Below are positions 57,954-64,000 of a stretch of DNA of 64,000 nt, piece after piece. Every line of letters begins with the position of its first letter. The stretch's first letter is position 1. The notes under the pieces were generated by a model, which saw nothing but the letters and a program-made list of their open reading frames with translations, did no database searches and was not told the DNA's origin. Both the position numbers and the translations under genes were made by a program. Location of the stretch: the NCBI GenBank assembly GCA_021324115.1, contig JAJPJS010000016.1, positions 76,376 through 140,375 on the forward strand, read 5' to 3'. The stretch comes from Nitrososphaerota archaeon. Its GTDB lineage: Archaea > Thermoproteota > Nitrososphaeria > Conexivisphaerales > DTJL01.

Positions 57954-59186
57954 TTGACTCAAGGTGTATTTTTGGTACCCCCTTCAGCAAGTTCCGTGCC
58001 CAGGGGACAAGTAATGGTTAATAGTCTGTCGAATCGGACCGGTCCCGACGACGGCAAGCGTGTTACAAGATTGCCAAGAATCGATAGCGTTTCTGTCATC
58101 ATTCCTGTATATAGGGGGTCGGCTACCCTCGACGAAACTTTGGGCCTTCTGACGAGCGACCCCTATGAGAAGAAGGAAATCATAGTATCAATAGACAGAC
58201 CCGACCCGTCTTCCCTGGTTCTCGCTTCGAAATATGAAGGAGCCGTGATATTTGACATAAGCAACGAAAGGAGAGGAAAGGTGAGGGCGCTGAAAAGTGC
58301 GCTTTCAAGATCAAAGGGGTCGGCATACCTTTTTCTCGATTCCGATGTCAGGCTGACTTCCACCGGAATCTTGGGGCGGGTTGCCAAGGAGCTTGAAGAA
58401 CATGAAATGGTGGAGATGAAAAAGACTGTCCATAGAAGCGGGGTGATTTCAAACCTCGTCTACTTTGAATATGTGGGGATAGGTGCTGCGGACTGGCTCG
58501 TTTCCAGAAAAACCAAAAGGACGTTCGGGATCAACGGTGCGGCCTTCGCAATAACACGTGAGGCGTTCGAAAGGGTGGGAGGGTTCACCAACGTAATTTC
58601 TGAAGACCTCGATTTCGGCCTCAGGAGCTTTATGGCGGGAGTTTCGTTCAAGTACTGCACGGACCTGGAGGTTGTTACTTTTTCGCCCCCTGACCTGAAG
58701 TCCTGGTTCACCCAGAGAAAAAGGTGGGCTTACGGCACGGCCCTCTGGGCGAGAGACAACTGGAGCACACTCATTTCCCTTGTAAGACACAAACCTTCTG
58801 TCACACTGCCGGCGTTGATGATGATATTTCCTGCGATCCTCGGCCTTCTTGCATCTCTAGCTTTCAGGGGCTTCCTTGTTTACGACCTGGTCGCACTGCT
58901 TCTCCTGTCGCTTCCCACAAGGGGTCTTCCGATTCTTTTATTCCCCTTCATAACATTCCAGGAAGCCACCAATTTCATCGGCTTCTCCCTTGCCTTTTCG
59001 ATAGGTCTGGTGGCGTATGGATGCGTTTACTATTACTACAGCAGAAAGCTCGGTTTCCGGTTCTCACCAGTCTGGTTCATACCATACTATGTGATCTATT
59101 CTCCTGTCTGGTTCGCGGCTATGGTCTGGGGGATCGCTCAGGTTTTTATCAGAAAGGAACCGGTTGCGCTTGACTGGAAGACGTAA
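57954..59186 (+). CDS. membrane-embedded family 2 glycosyltransferase (processive, QxxRW type)
   Basis: VSVIIPVYRG, FLDSDV, SEDLDFG, QRKRWAYG, followed by C-terminal TM helices. Confidence 0.8.
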   Translation: MTQGVFLVPPSASSVPRGQVMVNSLSNRTGPDDGKRVTRLPRIDSVSVIIPVYRGSATLDETLGLLTSDPYEKKEIIVSIDRPDPSSLVLASKYEGAVIFDISNERRGKVRALKSALSRSKGSAYLFLDSDVRLTSTGILGRVAKELEEHEMVEMKKTVHRSGVISNLVYFEYVGIGAADWLVSRKTKRTFGINGAAFAITREAFERVGGFTNVISEDLDFGLRSFMAGVSFKYCTDLEVVTFSPPDLKSWFTQRKRWAYGTALWARDNWSTLISLVRHKPSVTLPALMMIFPAILGLLASLAFRGFLVYDLVALLLLSLPTRGLPILLFPFITFQEATNFIGFSLAFSIGLVAYGCVYYYYSRKLGFRFSPVWFIPYYVIYSPVWFAAMVWGIAQVFIRKEPVALDWKT

Positions 59187-59285
59187 TCCTCTGCCGAGTT
59201 CTCTAATCATTGTATTCTCGCCCGCTTGCTCTTGAAGGAAAAGCTGCGAAAGTGTTAAATTCGCGCTTTAAGGAAAGACGCAAGC

Positions 59286-60245
59286 ATGCCCTACAGCCTG
59301 CTCGGTTTGAGGCTTACAATGCTTGCTACGCTGGCATTGGTGATCGGTGCGTCCACGCTGTTCATATCTCTTCTGCTCTACGTGGTTGGCGGTCTGAGCA
59401 TTGTTTCGATTCTGATACTCGTGGTGCTTTTCAACGTGGTGCAGTGGCTCGTCTCACCATACATGATACAGGGTTTGTACAGGTGCAAGGAAGTACCCGA
59501 GAATCAGTCTCCGAAGCTGCACCAGCTCGTTGAGAGGGTGGCCGCCTCGGCTGGTGTGCCAAAGCCTAGGGTGATGTACTCACCAATGCAGGCCCCCAAC
59601 GCATTTGCGTATGGGTCACCTCTGGGTGGGAACAGAGTATGCATAACCCAAGGTCTGCTTGACAACCTGAAGGATGATGAAATAGAGGCTGTGCTGGGAC
59701 ATGAACTGGGTCACCTGAAGCACAGGGACGTACAGATAATGATGTTCGTTTCCGTGCTTCCGACACTCTTCTACTGGATTGGCCTTTCCCTCCTTTGGGG
59801 CGGCGGGTATGGCAACAACAGGAATGGAGGGAATGCCGCCGCTATCGGGGCCCTGGCAATGGTAGCTTATTTCATCCTCAACCTGCTTATTCTGGGGTTG
59901 GGCAGGCAGAGGGAACTTTACGCAGACAGGCATGGTGCCGAAGTCGTGCCCGGAGGGGCGGAAAAGCTGGCAGTGGCCCTTGCAAAGCTTGATGCCTACT
60001 CAAAGGGGGTCCGCCGAACCGGCTCATCCTCATTCAGGTCGCCCGGGTTCAACGCCTTACTCATCATAGACCCTAACAACACCTCTGGCCTGAATCTTTC
60101 CCAGCTCAGCGATGAGGAGCTCGTAAATTACGTCGCAAGCAGAAGGGAAACTGGAGCAGAAAGATTGATGGAGCTGTTCTCCACCCACCCCAATACGGTG
60201 AAAAGAATAAGGATCCTGAGGTCACTTTCTACAACCGGTTCCTGA
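59286..60245 (+). CDS. htpX: HtpX-type M48 zinc metalloprotease
   Basis: N-terminal TM helices, HELGHLKHRD (HExxH) and a downstream ELYADRHGA. Confidence 0.85.
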   Translation: MPYSLLGLRLTMLATLALVIGASTLFISLLLYVVGGLSIVSILILVVLFNVVQWLVSPYMIQGLYRCKEVPENQSPKLHQLVERVAASAGVPKPRVMYSPMQAPNAFAYGSPLGGNRVCITQGLLDNLKDDEIEAVLGHELGHLKHRDVQIMMFVSVLPTLFYWIGLSLLWGGGYGNNRNGGNAAAIGALAMVAYFILNLLILGLGRQRELYADRHGAEVVPGGAEKLAVALAKLDAYSKGVRRTGSSSFRSPGFNALLIIDPNNTSGLNLSQLSDEELVNYVASRRETGAERLMELFSTHPNTVKRIRILRSLSTTGS

Positions 60246-60374
60246 GAAACTTCGACACTCCCGACATGAGCGATTCACGTGACTCCGTCGCAAACCATAT
60301 CTCCCGAATTCAGCATAAAACTTATAACGTCATGTTCTAAGCATTGCCTTACCGTTCTAAGGTGAATTAGTAAA

Positions 60375-62051
<1,677 letters not shown>

Positions 62052-62194
62052 CGAAAAGCTCTTTCTTTAATTTCGAACATCCGTCTTGTTTTAATTCAGC
62101 ACGCTTTTATTTTGACTGAACAAGCTTCTGCGGGTAGCCGAAGCAATGCATATCAATACCCACTCATCCACGTTTGTTGGTAATGAAATAGGCA

Positions 62195-62587
62195 ATGGCT
62201 CAGGTCAAGGTCACAAAATCCATCGTCGAAGGCATCCTCAGCTACTCCAAGGAAAAGTATCCTGATGAGATGCTTGTGCTGCTAAGAGGAAAGAAGAAGG
62301 GAGATTCTTACATTCTCTACCAGGCCGTATTTCCACCCTTCATGTTTTCCAACTGGCACTCAGCAACATACAATCCATGGCACCTTCCGGTTGATTTTTC
62401 GGTCGTCGCCACGGCTCACTCCCACCCTTCCGGTGTCAAGATACCTTCCAGGGAGGACCTTTTGCACCCCTACGGCAAATTCATGCTGATATCGGGGTAT
62501 CCCTACGAAACAGAGGCGGACATCGCCGCATTCGATGGCAAGGGAAGAAGAATCGACTGGGAGGTCGTGGAAGACGAGCCGGCTTGA
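62195..62587 (+). CDS. JAMM/MPN+ metalloprotease (desampylase-like)
   Basis: 130 aa with the JAMM motif: E in YPDEMLVLL, then AHSHPSGVKIPSREDL (H-x-H-x7-S-x2-D). Confidence 0.8.
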   Translation: MAQVKVTKSIVEGILSYSKEKYPDEMLVLLRGKKKGDSYILYQAVFPPFMFSNWHSATYNPWHLPVDFSVVATAHSHPSGVKIPSREDLLHPYGKFMLISGYPYETEADIAAFDGKGRRIDWEVVEDEPA

Positions 62588-63134
62588 TGCCCTGCGCAGC
62601 GAGATAAACTCATGCAGGCTGTGCGGCCTATGCAATGGAAGGACCAATGCGGTTGCAGGTGAGGGACCCGAGGACGCCAGAATATTCCTCCTGGGCGAAG
62701 CGCCAGGTGCAGAGGAGGACAGAACCGGCAGGCCCTTCGTAGGAAGGGCGGGCAGGATTCTTGAGGATTGTCTTTCATCTGCAGGGCTTGAGAGGGGGCA
62801 GGTGTTCATTACGAACACTGTAAAATGCAGACCTGCGAAAAACAGACCCCCCTCCTCCGAAGAAGTGAAGCTTTGCCGGAAGTACCTAGATGCACAACTT
62901 GGAATTGTCAAGCCATCGGTAATTGTCACGCTTGGCAGGGTGCCGCTCGGCCTGTTCATCAGGAGCAAGAGGCTGGGCAGGGAACCCTTCAGATGGGATG
63001 GTTATATGGTGGTACCGGCCTACCATCCCGCCGCAGCACTCCATGGCATTCCAAACGTGCGTTCCAGCCTGACCGAGTCCCTGAAACTGGCGCGAAGCCT
63101 CTCAGAAAATGGAAGCTCAGCTATCACAGAATGA
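62535..63134 (+). CDS. udg: family 4 uracil-DNA glycosylase (Fe-S type)
   Basis: CRLCGLC, FLLGEAPGAEEDRTGRPFVGRAGRIL, ITNTVKCRP, PAYHPAAAL. The annotated ATG overlaps the JAMM gene by 53 nt, so the true start is uncertain. Confidence 0.85.
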   Translation: MAREEESTGRSWKTSRLDALRSEINSCRLCGLCNGRTNAVAGEGPEDARIFLLGEAPGAEEDRTGRPFVGRAGRILEDCLSSAGLERGQVFITNTVKCRPAKNRPPSSEEVKLCRKYLDAQLGIVKPSVIVTLGRVPLGLFIRSKRLGREPFRWDGYMVVPAYHPAAALHGIPNVRSSLTESLKLARSLSENGSSAITE

Positions 63135-63210
63135 ATCTTGCCACGCTTTTCAGCGCCTATACCTGGAGACGGCTAGATCTTCATACTGCAAGACTCCCTA
63201 CCCGTAAGGT

Positions 63211-64000
63211 TCAGCCGGCGTATGTTCCGAACCTGTAGAAGAAGATGAAGAGGGCCGAAAAGAGAAGGAGGACGAACGATACGTAAAACGGAAGGCCGTA
63301 ACCTCCAGCGAAACCTGTTTTGAGACTCACAAGCAGTCCGCCGATCGTAGGTGCGGGGATCGCTGCCAATGTAGTTAATCCGCCGAATCCACCCATTACA
63401 GACGACCTGGTGCTCTTGTCCGACAGGTCGGCCAGAAGCGCGCCCTGTGCAGGGGTGTCCATCTGTCCCACGGCCACCCATACGCCATATACAATAATCA
63501 GAAACAGCAGACTTCTGACCAGCACCAGACTTCCTATTGCGAATGCCTCGACCAAAAAGCTGACTTCTATAACCCTTGTTCTTTTCCACCTGTCTGCCAG
63601 TCTGCCGAAAAGCGTCTGGAGTATCAGGTTCATCAGGTAATTGAGTGCCAACATTGCGGCAAGAACGACAGAACTGGCATTCAGGTAAAGGACAGCGTAA
63701 ATCGGTATGAGATACAAAACAACGCTGAGGCCGGCGTCGTGCAGCATGTAAGCCACCGTTAGCGGTTTCAGCTTCTGCTCTGTCAGAGGTTTGAATATAC
63801 CCCGAATCGCAGCCCTCAGCGGATACGGAGGGCGCTGTACATGCGTCTCCACCAGCAAAGCCTGCCGGGCTGCACTTACCACCATGATTACCACAGATGA
63901 GAATAGAAGCAAAAATGGGAGCCTCGAAGCATAATCGGCAACCCCCGCGCCGTTAATGAATACTCCAGAAATGAAAACAGCGACGGCTCCCAGCCCCACC
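63211..64000 (-). CDS. MFS transporter (5' end beyond window)
   Basis: Continuous multi-TM ORF to the window edge. LFGRLADRWKRTRVIE is an MFS loop motif. Confidence 0.7.
   Translation of the reverse strand, partial: VGLGAVAVFISGVFINGAGVADYASRLPFLLLFSSVVIMVVSAARQALLVETHVQRPPYPLRAAIRGIFKPLTEQKLKPLTVAYMLHDAGLSVVLYLIPIYAVLYLNASSVVLAAMLALNYLMNLILQTLFGRLADRWKRTRVIEVSFLVEAFAIGSLVLVRSLLFLIIVYGVWVAVGQMDTPAQGALLADLSDKSTRSSVMGGFGGLTTLAAIPAPTIGGLLVSLKTGFAGGYGLPFYVSFVLLLFSALFIFFYRFGTYAG

Noticed and set aside
62360-62968. 202-aa minus-strand ORF.
   Set aside because: It is antisense to both the JAMM and UDG genes, with Ser/Pro/Arg-rich shadow composition.

Overview
This window looks like an archaeal chromosome segment. 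It carries a group II chaperonin (thermosome), an aEF-2 gene, a JAMM/MPN+ protein, a family-4 UDG and a KDG kinase/aldolase pair. The gene content looks Thermoplasmata-like, but that placement is only inference. I can support about 60 genes, mostly transport, central and amino-acid metabolism, and housekeeping. I saw no rRNA, tRNA or CRISPR array by eye.

The most notable items are:
1. The elongation factor 2 gene is interrupted in its P-loop by a 610-aa intein (14660-16489). The same EF-2 has a non-canonical diphthamide loop.
2. A small defence islet (about 8.5-14.1 kb) holds a frameshift-riddled IS6-like element next to a translationally coupled McrB-like/McrC-like pair. The GTPase subunit of that pair carries a roughly 430-aa uncharacterised N-terminal extension.
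3. An accessory-looking block (18.6-23.9 kb) holds orphan secreted proteins, a 736-aa surface protein with a PEF-CTERM-like tail, three orphan small ORFs, and a roughly 275-nt helix-rich non-coding segment that I could not assign to RNase P or SRP RNA.
4. A co-directional cluster encodes an MTHFR-like protein and three MetE-like proteins. Two of the MetE-like genes look like a split MetE, and the third has an extra C-terminal module.
5. Two paralogous membrane proteins share an unknown C-terminal domain.

All calls come from reading the translations and the sequence. No database search was run, so family names are motif-based and gene starts are approximate.
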